A stretch of 64,000 nucleotides of DNA from Balanoglossus misakiensis (GCA_040954595.2 CM082577.2:4574201-4638200), one strand, 5' to 3'; positions 12,901 through 26,100 are shown, counted from the first letter of the stretch. The notes: generated from the sequence alone by a model not told the origin. Translations and numbers: made by a program.

Positions 12901-15508
12901 AAAGACAAGCAGCTGCAGTCGCAGTTCCAGCAGCAGATCCTGCAGAAGCAGGCCCAGATCAAACAGGCCGCAGCCATCGAGACGCTGCGGATCAAACAGA
13001 AGGCGATGACCCCGGAGGAGAAAGCTGAGCAGCAAAGGTACGTACTGCGGCTCAGTGGTGTGTAGACACGTTATCGTCTCCTGGGCAACCGGCTGTGCAC
13101 AACACCTGCAGCCGAGGCGCATCTCATGAATATTTTGACATCAGTAGATTTTGCATCCAGTTTACCAGTCTGGGTAATTCCCACACAACAAGTTCAATCT
13201 ACAGCCACTGTCAGAAATTGAAACTCATAGTAAATCTATACCTGGGTCAGTCAAACTTTATTAGTTCATTCTGTCACCATCCCATATTCACATAATCCTT
13301 ACTGCATGTTACATTTACTGTAACTTTCATGTATATTTTCTTTAAATGTTTTTCAAGGATGGCCATTTGCAATCAAGTCATGAAATCCCTCCTGGACAAA
13401 GTGGAAAAGGAGGAGAGAATGAGTCTGAAGAGAAAGAAGCAACAAGAAAATAAGGAGGAGAAGCGAAGTCGGCTGGCCGCAACCAAACTGAGCGGTTTGT
13501 TGTGCAAACACAAAGAGGTGTTGAAGAAAGACATCATGAAGAAAAGGGAACTCCTGGAGAAGAATCTCATGGTTGAAGTCCAGGTTTGTCCTGATTTTGA
13601 TTTTGGAAAGTTTAATGTGCCAGATGTCTCGCAGATTACAGACTCTTCTTCTGGATTGTAAACATCTGTTCCTGAAACACTAAAATGTCCCCTTTTGATT
13701 TTTCCCTGGCACTCTGCAGGACGAGCTGAAACAAGAACAGAAAGCGGCCAAGAAGAGAAAGAAGAGTGAAACGGCTAGCAGTGGTGCAGTCCCTGCTGCA
13801 GCTTCTCCTACAAAGGCTGCCGTTGCTACGTCAACCAACTCCACTGTCGCCAACACAGAAGACGCTGTCAGCGCACCAAAACAGAAGAAGAAGAAAATGG
13901 AGGAAAGGTTGTACTGCGTCTGTAAAACACCATATGATGCCACCAAGTAAGTCATTCTGAATTATGTCTGAATACTGTTTTTCCCCCATCACATGTAATT
14001 GCAAGAACTGTGATTATTTAATAAAGAGCCGAATGGGCCAGTTGTGCACCCAGGGTTTCAGTGGGTCAGCTTAACCCAGTGTCACCCCCAGTTTTCTCTA
14101 TAGAGGTTCATCTTTACCATAGAAAACAATGGATTTGGGTCAAACCATGGTGGCAAAAGGGTTAATCCCTTTCAAACTCTGAAAAAATCAAAATTGACAT
14201 GTGATACTTGTTAACTCACCATTTGAATTCTATAGTTGCATGGAAAATGTAAGATTCAACCTATTCATTAGAATTAAATTAAGCAAGTTCAAATGTCACC
14301 TGGCATTCCACACATGAGTTTCCCCTTGAGAGTCAGACATCTCTCTCATCCGAGTATTGCCTTGTTTCAATGCAGATTCTACATTGGTTGCGATCTGTGC
14401 AACAACTGGTATCACGGCACGTGCGTGAACATCACCGACGACGAGGCGGACAAACTGAGCGAGTACGTGTGCAACGATTGCAAATCGCAGCAGCAAGAGA
14501 GGGACGAGGAACTGTACTGCATCTGTCGGAAGCCGTACGACGAGTCCAGGTGAGTTGTTGCCGCAGTGTTTTGCCGCTCGCTCGACTCTCGGAATATTGA
14601 AGGAAATTATCGACTCGGGACCTTGGAGGGTAAGCATACAGTAAAATATCACCACCGTTTTTCTGTTTTGTACAGTTTCTACATCGGATGCGATCGCTGC
14701 CAAGACTGGTTCCACGGCCGCTGCGTGGGCATCACTCCGTCAGAGGCAGAATCCATCGAGAAGTACATCTGTCCGAATTGCCATTCGGCCAGAAACCAAC
14801 AAAGCCACACCCGAGATCTCACCACGAGGGATTATGAACAACTGAGGCGCTTGCTGAAACAGATGCAGGTAGGGGCTGGTTGCCTTTTAGTGAGATGGAG
14901 GATAGACCATCTTCATGGCATGTCAGTGAGGACAGCCTCCATCCATCTTTCAGTGTGACTTTATTAGAACTTCTCTTACACCTTCTGCAGCACACAATAG
15001 TCTTACATTGTCAATATTTATACCCCCACAGAGTCACAAAATGGCGTGGCCTTTCTTGGATCCAGTGAATGAACTCGAGGCACCAGATTACTACAAAGTC
15101 ATCAAAGAACCAATGGGTAAGATTCAAAGTCATCTTGCTACTTCCACAGTGTCAGGGACAAAGTCCTGATGTTCTTGATAAAGAGTAGATTTGACATCCA
15201 ATTTACAGTGGGTGTGTGCAAATTGTCATCACTAGAGGGTTTCCCTCGGACGTTGCCCCTCATGCACTGATGCGACGTATGCCAACACATCATTCCTGTG
15301 TCTGTTCACAGATCTCTCCACCTTGGAGGAGAACCTCAAGGCCAAGGAGTACATCAAACTGGGCGAATTCATCGGCGACGTCACCAAGATATTCGACAAC
15401 TGCCGCTTCTACAACCCCAGCGACTCCCCGTTCTTTCACTGCGCCGACGTTCTGGAGAAATTCTTCGTCCTGAAAATCAAATCCATCAAGCAGAACATGA
15501 GCCAGTGA
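3999..15508 (+). CDS. BPTF: Nucleosome-remodeling factor subunit BPTF/NURF301, ~2640 aa; 16 exons: 3999-5221, 5844-6049, 6370-7895, 8030-8237, 8411-10606, 10807-10957, 11064-11187, 11392-11701, 12066-12581, 12677-13037, 13358-13583, 13720-13946, 14376-14549, 14676-14868, 15032-15116, 15312-15508
   Basis: AT-hook RGRGRPPK; DDT domain ([18 protein letters not shown]); PHD ([19 protein letters not shown]); WHIM/WSD-type [12 protein letters not shown]; conserved FKLGMEG and ASLRWDDM blocks; Q-rich region; two C-terminal PHD fingers; bromodomain ([30 protein letters not shown]). Junction phases are compatible. Confidence 0.96.
12781..12849 (+). repeat. CAA/CAG trinucleotide tract encoding polyglutamine in BPTF
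   Basis: In-frame [23 protein letters not shown] in exon 12677-13037. Confidence 0.9.
14075..14161. mobile_element. 87-bp piggyBac-like MITE (TTAA-CCC...GGG-TTAA) in a BPTF intron
   Basis: TTAA at 14071-14074 and 14162-14165 with CCC/GGG termini. A related copy lies in opposite orientation at 28619-28715. Confidence 0.65.
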
Positions 15509-16471
15509 GAGAGGTCGCCTCCGAGGTCACCATTTGAGAAAAACACTAATGAATTCATTTTTAATCTTTTAATTAATAGGTAAATCTAGGTTGCATTAAA
15601 TTTGATGAAATTATGTAGGCATAGAGATTAAATATGACAAAAAAAACAAACAATTGTGATAATCTATTTTCTAAATGAATATGATGAAATATTATTCTTG
15701 GATAACTGGATAATAAACGTTGTTGAAATCAGCCCAGATTTCAAAAAAAGCAATGACGCATTTCCTGGTTGAAGAGATTCTGTTTATATAAAAAAAAGAA
15801 GGGAAAAAAAGGCAAAGCTGTGAACTTTGACCCCCGTGTACAGTAGTTTTACATAGAGTGCATTCGGTGTGGTGTTGTTACGTACAAGCCATCGTCCAGT
15901 AGAATTTGACCCGATTTTATGGGTTTAGGGGAAAACGTGTAAAAAGAAAAAAATTGCAACAAAAAAACCAACAACATCTCTGTAAAGTACAGTCTCTGCT
16001 GCAGCCTTTCTTAATAAATATACCTGTGTACAGAGATCCTTCACATTCTGTAAAGCCACTCACTCAGTAATTGACCATGAGCTTGATCACGTAGCTTTAC
16101 ATTCAACGACTTTGGGATGTTTTCTATTGCAGTGTTTGGTCTTCTTTTCATTCACACCGGCTCAGAGCACAAAGTCGCTCTCGATCCACAATTTGTTCGT
16201 TTTTTTCCTCATTCTGTATTTATTGTCTTTATCTGTAGCTAACTTCACTATGTGAACTTTCTCATCCGATCTTAATTGTCCTTTTATTGTATTTACTTAT
16301 TATTAATAAAGCAGTCATTTCAAAGGAGTTTGTGTGGAAGTTGTTTTATTTCTGCACTGTCTGTCTGTCAGGTGCCCGCCATGATTTTACAGTCAGTTAG
16401 TCTGCTCGGCCAATCACATTCTGTCAACCATATCCCCATGTTTCTACCCAATCGCATCAGCTGTTCTGTAT

Positions 16472-16563
16472 TACCTATGATGGCATTGGAGGTGCTGACC
16501 AATCACATCAGTTGGTTTACCTATGATGGCATTGGAGGTGCTGACCAATCACATCAGTTGATT
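16472..16563. repeat. 46-bp tandem duplication containing CCAAT boxes, upstream of PIGX
   Basis: TACCTATGATGGCATTGGAGGTGCTGACCAATCACATCAGTTG occurs twice; degenerate CCAATC copies also at ~16409 and ~16448. Confidence 0.8.
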
Positions 16564-16807
16564 TATATCAACGATGATCGAATAGACATGTGGTATGTCC
16601 TGTTGCTGGAAATGGAAGTATGTCAAAATTATCATGGGTCTGCCATTTGTTTGAACTTGCTAACAGTGTAAAGGGTGTGAATTTGCTCCAGCTGGAAACA
16701 CGTACAAAACGCAAATAGATTTCGTGTGGAAAAAGAAAGATTCACTAGAAGGTATGAAAGAGGGCGTGCTATTCAAGATGTCTGCGCCCTAGAGCAACTT
16801 TAAAACC

Positions 16808-17193
16808 ATGACGATCTCTCCGTTGCACGGGGCAGTAAGCACGTCAGTACTGCTGGCGTTGCTCTTCCTTTCGTTAAGCGGCACAGCGTTTGCCAAAGAT
16901 GCCAAACCTGCAAAGAAATCAACACACCTGCCTTCTGAATCTGCAACTTTGCTCAGATCAGGTACAGTATGTTCACGACTGTTGTTTTTGCTGAACAGGG
17001 CACAGACGTAATGCCCAGCCCTGCGTACGGTACCACAACACTTCTATCCCTTGCACAGGGCTTCGAAGTGTAATGTTCCTCAGATTGTAGAAGCTGAGTA
17101 TGTGATTCTGACAAACTTTTTTTTCTCCTCACGGGTTGATAACAAATGTTTAACAACACATATCAACAGACCCAATACAATCCTAATTTTTGA

Positions 17194-17224
<31 letters not shown>

Positions 17225-18806
17225 CTAAAGTTATTGAAGACTCTGGAAACAAAGAAGTGGTGAACACAGACTGTTTTGAAAAGGCTGACGTGACTGTCAA
17301 ATTAGCAGTTCATAAAAAGGGATTTCACAGGTGAGATGACAATTAACATTTTTTTTATTTTACACAAGATAGTCTTTGGTGTTTCAATTCGTTGAAATTT
17401 GGAGTGGCAACCAAGTCAGGTTTATTTGTTTGGCAACTCCCTTCTATGTCTGAAACCAAAACCACATGCACATGCATGCACATACATTCAAACACACAGA
17501 CGCACAAGGACATCCCAGCATCTGCAATCTATTTTGTCCCCTACAGGAATTTAGAAACTGTGGTGAAAGTTACCACAGCGACAGATGTGCCTACGTCGTG
17601 TCATCTGATGCAGATGCAGACCATTCCCAATGGTGCCTATATTGATATGTATAAAATCAAATCATTGTTCAAAGGTGATTCGCCCAAGGTAGGAACTTTT
17701 GAGTTTGCGATCCTGTCAGAATTATTTTGATCTGATGAATGATCGAACATGAAAATAGTATCTTTTACATGTGGTACATATTGTACTTGTGTTGGATATG
17801 TAGTTTTCAAATTTCATGAGTCATGATCCTATGAGAATTTACTAGCTTGCGAACAAATAAGGAATTAGCCTTTCTTGTTATCTAACTCTGTCAGTCTTCT
17901 ATTCAGGTTTCTTCTTTTGCGGAAATAGATGTAGAAAAGCCTGCCTTTTTGTCACCACCGCACTCTGTAATCATCCAATCAAAATTCAACGTCACACAAG
18001 ACGTCCTCGACAGTAACACCACAGTACCACTCGAACTGAGATATCATCGGCCATCGGACAAATCAGACATTGATCATGCAACTGTGGTGCTTAAATATCC
18101 GTATTTGCTCCTTCACTGCAAAGGTAGGATTTCAATTCACATTGAAGTGTCTTTTTTTAGATCCACACATGGAAGGACTATATGTACTGAAGTTTATCAA
18201 ATATGTTTAATCGTTTGATGATTGAGAGACCACCATTAAATCCATGTGTATACTGATAATTTCCTTCCCGATGAAGTCACTTGTTCTTAAAAAGATCTAA
18301 AAGTGGTGATTTTGAGTCTTTTTAAAGGGCCAGTAGCTGTAACTTATCTGCAAATTTCTGTCTGTCCAATTTTTGCTTCAGTCAACGCAGTGAAAGAAGT
18401 CAAATCCAGCAATGATTCCAAGGAGAGTGGCACAGTCTGCGGATCACTGTATCTGTCGCAATGCCCCATGGATCACAAGGCACAATGTCAGTGGGAACTG
18501 CTTGATTACAATAATGTAAGTCAGTGGTGAAGTGTGTTTTCACTTTTTGTGCAGTGTCTGGGGCAGTGACATGTTAATTCCCCCCCCCCCACCCAATCCC
18601 CTTTACATCATCACACAGCACTGATATTAGGATATGTCTTTTCACAGGCAAACGCAGAAATTTCATTGGTCGTTCCAGTGGGAAACCAAAAACATACTGT
18701 CATGGTGACAGTGGTTACTATAGTGACGACGCTGCTTGGCGGTCTGGTGCTATTTGTTGCTATGCTGATGTCACCGAAGTCAGCCATTCACGGCCATCAA
18801 GATTAG
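16808..18806 (+). CDS. PIGX: Phosphatidylinositol-glycan biosynthesis class X protein (GPI mannosyltransferase I subunit); exons 16808-16961, 17231-17330, 17547-17688, 17907-18123, 18382-18515, 18648-18806
   Basis: Signal peptide; PIG-X/PBN1 motifs KGFHRNLET, IPNGAYIDMY, IDVEKP, VPLELRYHRP; VPVG followed by a C-terminal TM helix. Splicing is in frame. Confidence 0.88.
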
Positions 18807-19325
18807 AACAGTGCAGCTAGCTTCATACTTAATTAACAGCAGCCATGCTGAAGTGAAGGATAGGTTTTTAGAGAAATTGATATCCAATTTTCATGCTTTT
18901 TTATGGTACAATGACTTTATTTAAGACTTTGTTTTAAACAAGGGAAATGTATGCAATAATAGTGAACTTCAGCTAGTTAAACTAGACCTTGTATTGTGAA
19001 ACTGCAATAAAAGAGAGTTATTCTTGTAAAAGTGTATTGTCTGCTCTGTTGATTGCAAGCATGTTGTGCATTTTCCCCTTGTCTTTGTCTGCACTTTATT
19101 GATTTCGGCTCCCAGACAGAAGTACTGTAAGCCTCCAAAAAAATTTCTGTTGAACGTTTTTACTTGCATGTACAGAATATTGTACATGTATACATGTATT
19201 AGTAGAAATATGCATGCCAAAACACATTATTATACAAGTCAATAAATTATACAGAAAAAAGGACAAATAAATAGTAAAAATCGCCGATGTCATAACAGAT
19301 TTAATGATTATAATTTTAGATGATT

Positions 19326-19344
19326 AAAAAAAAAAAAAAAAAAA
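19326..19344 (-). terminator. Pol III oligo-T terminator of the 7SL gene
   Basis: 19-nt A run on + (T run on -) directly abutting the 7SL 3' end. Confidence 0.8.
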
Positions 19345-19640
19345 GGGATTGAGTCCGACTATATCGGACGGGCTGCTAGCCGCTGCCTATTCACGGGCGC
19401 GATCCCACTACTGCTCCACACGGGGACTTTTGTCTGCTGCGTTTCCGCCCTGGACCGGTACGTCCCTCATTATACGACCTGGTCGTCCTGGCCTCCGCCG
19501 GGCCGACCATATCGATGCCGAGCTTAGCGCGGACGCCTGATCTACATAGAACAACGACTAACAGGAACCCCGTCCTCAAGCCATTCAACAACCCCGGCCT
19601 CCAAGTAGCTAGATTACAGGCGCACGCCACAACGCCCAGC
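19345..19640 (-). ncRNA. RN7SL: 7SL RNA (metazoan signal recognition particle RNA), ~296 nt, Pol III
   Basis: The reverse complement reads GCTGGGCGTTGTGGCGTGCGCCTGTAATC (Alu domain) ... CTAAGCTCGGCATCGATATGGT ... CCGGTCCAGGGCGGAAACGCAGCAG (helix 8, SRP54 site) ... CAGTAGTGGGATCGCGCCCGTGAATAG, colinear with human 7SL as recalled, and ends at a T run. Confidence 0.95.
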
Positions 19641-19937
19641 CGTCAGAGGCTGTTGAAAATAAGGTATTTGTATGAACAATGGCGGCTCGTTAGCAGCCCG
19701 CCCTCTATTTCCCATTGTAAAACTACTTTGTTTTGTTTTGTTTGCATCATGATGAAGCTTTGTCAGGCCCCATCCCCATGAATCCAGTCAACTCATACAG
19801 TATACAAAAATGCTATATTTATTACATAAATAGGAAAAATAAAATTTAAATTACAATAATCTTAGTAAAAATATATTTCTGAATTACATATAATGAAACA
19901 TGATTGCAAATAGAAAAAAATCAGACCATTCTTAGGC

Positions 19938-22585
19938 CTAGTCGTCTTTTTGCATTGCCATCAGCATTTTGAAGTTGCCTAGTAACTGACGAGCTGATGG
20001 TCGAAGTTCTGGCGTCGGGCACACCGCAAGATTGATCAGTACACCCACTTGCTCCAGTATGGCGCCCTGTCCTCGGAACAGACGCCATTCTACAGTGGAG
20101 GTTCTTCTCTGCCGGAATCTGGGCAATTCTCTGTTTTGCCGATGGAAGGATTCGTAATCACCGGCGGAAAACAAACCAGGGTGATTCAGGTATGGTCGGA
20201 ACCCGGTGAAGATCTCCGCCAGGATCATACCAAGACTCCAGACGTCTTCTGCAGGTGTAATGGCGCTGTCATCAAGAACAGACTCGGGTGACAGGTATCT
20301 CGTCTCACCCAGACCACGGAAACGCCCGGCGTCGTCGACGAGGGCTGCGGTGCTGCTCGGAACAAGTTTGACATTGAGCGTTTTGGGATTGACCTAAAAA
20401 TAACCAGAGGAAACAAACTTTTAGCACTATAATCTCATGTACATGTTTGCAAGTTAGTTCGATAACCAAAGGTATAAGACTACTCTAGCTTTTGTACGGA
20501 CGCAGCCTGATAACTCAAACGCAAGGCAGTAATTTCTTATACATGTTCGTTAGAATACTTACAATGATATGGCCGGGGTGGATGTTCTGATGTATGACGT
20601 CATTTTTATGCATCTGGCTGACAGCGTCACACAACTGACTGGCCAGCTGCAGTTTCTGTGATACACAGAGTTTGTCCTGAAAAAAATGTGAGAAATATAG
20701 GATGATTCCGAAAAAAAAATATTTTAATCGGTTATGTAAGCAGTTTTGAGAATTTGTCTTGTTCGTTCTCCAGCTAAAACGTTTCGATATGAGTTTAGAG
20801 TTGAACAAAGTAACTTTGACAGTGTATTAAACTTGGTTATTTTATTTGATCATTATGTAATGTAGCTTAGCCTACCAAATCGCCATCAAATGACATCATT
20901 TCTAACGTCTTGCCGGCAGCATATTCCTGCACCAGCCCGTAGCAATCACCACCGATGCGGGTGACACCATACACATGGGGAATGTTGTAGTGGCCGCACA
21001 CCTTACTGCATCAGACAGTAAAGAGATTCATGAAAGTATGGAGAAATCATATCTTGTACAAGAACCTGAAATCTGTCTGATACGGATGTCTTATTTGGTG
21101 TCGCCACCTTCATCACACAGACGTCACCACAAAGAAGTTTTAGCGCCAGAGAGATTTGAAGATCAAATCATGAAGATGGTCTAAGGTCATGATGGCTAGC
21201 ATAGGCTGCGTGATGGAAAGTGGATAGATGCTCAAATAGGACATTTGGTTCTCAATTGCTCTTGGATAATGGTCGTTTCATATCGAATGGTGTTTTATTA
21301 AACACCTTTCGATATGAAACGACCGTTTTCAATTGTTTTAAAGATGAATTTTCTTCTAATAAAACAGCATGCACTATCCCTAATACCTGTGAATAGCGCC
21401 CTCGCGGTTCAGAAGTTCCTTGTTCATAATTTTCACCACCATCTTGTCACCGTCACTGATCACCCTGTGGACGTGGGATGTCGGTCCTTTGATGACCCCA
21501 TCTGACTTGAAAAGTGTCTTGTAAAGCAGCGTAAGATCTGTCAATCATAAAGGTTCATAAAAATGTTGGTAATTAATCCAATCATCGATCAATAAGTGTT
21601 TCGGTGGCATAATAGCGAATGAACAAATTTATGGATAACTTGAAGTTGGTACACGGATTGGTGGTTTAAAAAAAGCTAAATTTAATTCGCAGTTTATTCC
21701 AATTATTCTAAATTGCTACTCAACATAGACCTAAACTATCAAACCCAAATTTATTGATAGTGATGACAAAATCAAAGCTTCCACCAATGATTTTGAGAAT
21801 AAGGATTATACCGTACCTTGCAAGCATGGGAGATCCAGTCTGGCTGTGTTAACCAAACACTGATGGCGGGCAAAATAATTCATATGCAATTGTTCTGAAA
21901 ATGAGCGAGATTTTTCCAGGCATTATCAAAATGTTTTGTAAAAGTTAAACATATTTCAAGTACTACGCGAACACGCATACAAACGAAGGACCGATAAATG
22001 CAAGATATCAAGAAACGGATCGGATAGAGAAATCTTGGCGCCGAGAAGAATGAAATAGGCGAAACAAAGTTATTATTAGGTGGGTGGTTAGTTTGGTGGA
22101 TGGATATCACAAATATTAACTCCGTAATGTAATAAGAAAAAAGCATGCACACAAATTCTTATCTACCTGTACATGTATTAGTTTCCGTCAGATCTGGGCT
22201 TGCTTCCCCGATATTGTTCTTCACGTCCAATTCTGTAGTCTCACTGACAAGACTGCATGTCTCGCTGAAATCACTTGATTCTTCCGACAACAAACAAACG
22301 TTCTCCGTTCTTTTGGATTTCATTAGAATCGGATCATTCTGTAAAATGAAAAATCGCGTTGATATATTTATGCTTCTGTTATTTTGTGTATTCACATATT
22401 TGGCTTAAAATAAAATCAGAAATGGAAACAGGGATTCGGAAATGCACATCACTTAGGCCTACCGATTGATCGCTGTCCCTCGAACTTGAAGATGTCGGAG
22501 AAAGCATCTTTCCTCGGAGAAAATCTCTCACTGCTTTCCTATAACGACGCGCTTCCATTCGGACACGTCTACGTAGTGAAGGCAT
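19938..22585 (-). CDS. Protein-kinase-fold pseudokinase, ~390 aa; exons 22463-22585, 22167-22338, 21817-21843, 21387-21537, 20876-21005, 20563-20676, 19938-20393
   Basis: Spliced product shows subdomains KMVVK (II), NREG (III), HYNIPHVYG (IV), LVQEY (V), LCDAVSQMH..VIHQNIHPGHII (VI), VKLVPSS (VII), RYLSPE (VIII), DVWSLGMILAEIFTG (IX), PELRPSA (XI). The frame is open across all GT-AG junctions; the 27-nt exon is the least certain. Confidence 0.85.
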
Positions 22586-23135
22586 TTTGAAATAACGATA
22601 GGAAAAGGTTTAAAACCGACGGGAAAAGTTTCGGAGAGTGCTCAGACACGAAGTGTGCAAGAAAAATACTCGAAGAGTTCTGCTGTGGTTGCCTGATAAA
22701 TAGAACGTATCGTGGCGACACACTATCCTCGTTCTAGGATATGCGTCCATTCGTTGGTCCTTGTCTCGCTTGGAGTGGATACGCTGTTGTTTGGGCCGTC
22801 GGACGAGGAGATCGGAACTTCGAGAACTTTAGAATTTCGGTGACGCCACGAAGAAAGATTCGCGACGCGTGTACTGCGACTAGATCTCCGCTTTCCATGG
22901 TAAACAGTGGTTATGTGACTTCAAATCACAGGACTTTATTTAATGACAATATACATTCAGTTAGATAGTTCTTTTCAAAAATGGCTTTGCGCAAAATTCG
23001 TGAACTTGGCCATATCACACAATTTGCATATTTGCATAATGTTCATAGACATCTACAGTGGCATTTACGATGTAAAATAAACACAACTTCATGAATGAGG
23101 TAGAAAATTGCAGTCTTTTTATTCGTTCAGAATGT

Positions 23136-26100
23136 CTATTTTTTCATCAAGCTACAACTCAGTGTTGCACGCACGCCAAGGTTTCTCTTGCCCGTCGGCA
23201 TGACAACACCTTTTGGTGTATTAGCCCGCGATGCAGTGAATGGTAAAACGGGTGTACTGGCAGCCGGACCAGGGTTGTTCTTGAGCGTTGGCGACGCACG
23301 ACTGACGCTTCGAGTGGAGCTGCAGGGCACTTCCCACTTGAAGAAGCCACACCCGTTTCTGTTGTTGCCGCAACCTCTTGATGCCGGGCACGAGAAGAAT
23401 CCCCGCCCTTGATTCGGACCGGGGTTCATCACCGTTCTCCTCTTGGATCTGCGTCCACACGGACACAGGGGCGGGGTTATTTTCCCCGAAAGGGGCGTCT
23501 TCCTGGTAGGCATTGTCGGAGTCTGGAACATTTTCATCGGATGTGGTGTCTTACTGTCACTGGCACGGTCTATTGGTGTCTTAAACATTTGGAAAGGTTG
23601 TAAATGATTACCAGCTGCACCAGACCTAACCGGAGTCTTGTATTCAGCACTCGGCGTCTTACAGGCCGTGGCAGTTTTTAGCATTTTTGCACTTGTTTTG
23701 CTGTGAATCTTGTTTGTTATATTCGACAGTTGTCGTGTTCTGTGCGTGACTGGTACACAGGGCGTTTTGAATCCTGAGCTCTCAGTGGTTGTTGTTGGAG
23801 GACTGGGTTTATTGCGATCACTCACTGGAGTGACTGTGGCGGTTAAAACTTGATTGTTTTGCGTCTCGTCCGGCTTTGTTTCAACTTTCTTTTTGTGTGA
23901 ACTGACTTCTGTGACATTTTCTGTCAAGGCTGATCTGCACTGACTTGTGAGAGCACTGGATATCACGTTTGGAGTTCTGAGGCTTCCTACTGTTGCAGGG
24001 CTAAGTGCGGACAAGCCCGGCTTCTTGACTGCGGTGAAGTTGTCCCCGCAGAGACTACCACTACCACTTAGAGTTGTTGTCAGTGACACAATCGATCTGA
24101 CAGCGCCACCGTCAGTCCGCACTTGCCGTTGTGGGACACCTGTCGCTGGTTCAACAACCGTGGGGTCGCAACTGCCTCCAACGCGACCATCGCAGACAAC
24201 GCTGCCACTGTCCACATAGGAACTAGAGATTTCATCTCCGTCGACCGACTCTCTCTGTTCAGTCTGGGAAACAACGACAGCGACAACAGCAGACCCGACG
24301 GCGACACTGTCTTTCCCGCGGGCTACATCTGGCACCGTGGTGGTATTTTTTCCTGCGTTGTTTCCCGGCGTCTGATTGGTTACTGCCACCTGTCCATATC
24401 TGGTGATTGCTTTCTTGATGCTGAATGCAAACTGTGCAGTTGATCGACGAGACTGACCTCCAGAGGGCGCCTGTCCACTACGTTCAGCTCCTGGAGTCTG
24501 GAAGTCATGAAAATAGAGATATATATAGTTTTAAATATTTTATGTATCATTATACATTCTGTAATCAGTTTCCATACATGTTAAATAGTAAAATGAGAAA
24601 GTGTTGATGATACAATCATCGTTTTTTTCTTTAAAAAGTATTTTATTTCACACAGAATCAATTTCAAATACAAATCAAACTGTTCAAAGACATATCATCA
24701 CTCTCCCAAAGAAATATTGTGCAAAATATTGACTGCCTGCAGTCTCATCAATACCTTTGTCATAATATTGTTATAGGTTTACCATAATTTACTATAAATA
24801 AAAATCTCCAATAACTTAATGTAAGAGCTTTCCCCTTAGAATGATCACACCTAACTACGCTAGCTCCTACAACTACCCTACTTGTTGCTACCTACTACTG
24901 ACCGAGTTCATCGTCTTGGTGATCTTCATCACACAACCATCACAGATCATTCTCCACGCTAACTTGGCAGTGTTGCGGGCATCATCCAAACCTGAAGGAC
25001 ACAAAACAAGCACGCAGCATTAGGTGTACTGTATCTCGTTTTCAAAACATCTATAATGGGTACTTTATCCCACATCCTGTAAAAATAAGACTACGGCAAT
25101 AATTTAATTCGATATTGGGGGAAAGCTTCGAAACGCTGATGATAATTATCCGAAGGAAAATCACATCACCTGAATGTTCTCTGCCAGTAAATTTTATTCC
25201 TAAATCTTGCAGTGCACCGTTCAAGCCATTCGGTCTTCTCTCGTAAAAATTCTGAAGGAGCAAAAAAAAAATTGCGAATTATCTAACAAAGAAAAGTGAA
25301 TACTATTCAAATTTACGTAAAGTGAGTGAAAACAGTACTGTTTCGCTTCACTAGTTCTCTAATAAATTGTCTCTACCACAGTATCGGAATCCTCGAGGTG
25401 AGGTCAAAGTTGACACACCGACGTCCTTACCCTGTAGGTCAACCTGAGGTCAATCCAGCTGTTCAGCTCCGATGGTTTGCGAATCTGCTTCCTCCTCACT
25501 TCATAGTGTAGGCACACCCCCAGATCCCAATCTGTGGAGAAACAAAAAATTAGCTTTTTAACAACACTCATAAGAACGCAAAGACAAACACAGACAGACA
25601 GACACACAGAACACCACACCAAACCACACCACACAACACTCACCTGACCATGTTACAAAAGTACAAAGCTTCCGGTCATCCCCCAAGTGGAAAGTGAAAT
25701 TTTTCTCGTGAGACAGTTTTCTAAGCCATCGCGAAAACTGGCTGAGACAGACATGAACAGGCATTCCACTATCCACTTGTTCCTGGTGACAAAAAAATGA
25801 AAATATAAATTAACAAAATAAAAAAACAAAATCTGTGAAAGTACAGCTTCTTTCCTGGTTGTCTCGTACCTGTGATATTCCAGTCAGCTCTTTACAGAAG
25901 TCACTCAGTTTGGGATTTTCCCAGGGTTGAACAAATGTATGGAACTCGGATTCTATTTCGCCAGTGGCAGTGTTCAGAAGAACCGCCGGAAATTCAACTG
26001 GAATAAAACGGAAAAGTAAAAAAAAAAATCAATAACAAGGATTTTGGCCCCTCAACAGTCAGACATTGGAATGTTAGACAAATGAAGGAAATTCCAAAAG

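Noticed and set aside
19349-19781. Short ORFs in the GC-rich island after PIGX
   Set aside because: Explained by the 7SL RNA gene on the - strand.
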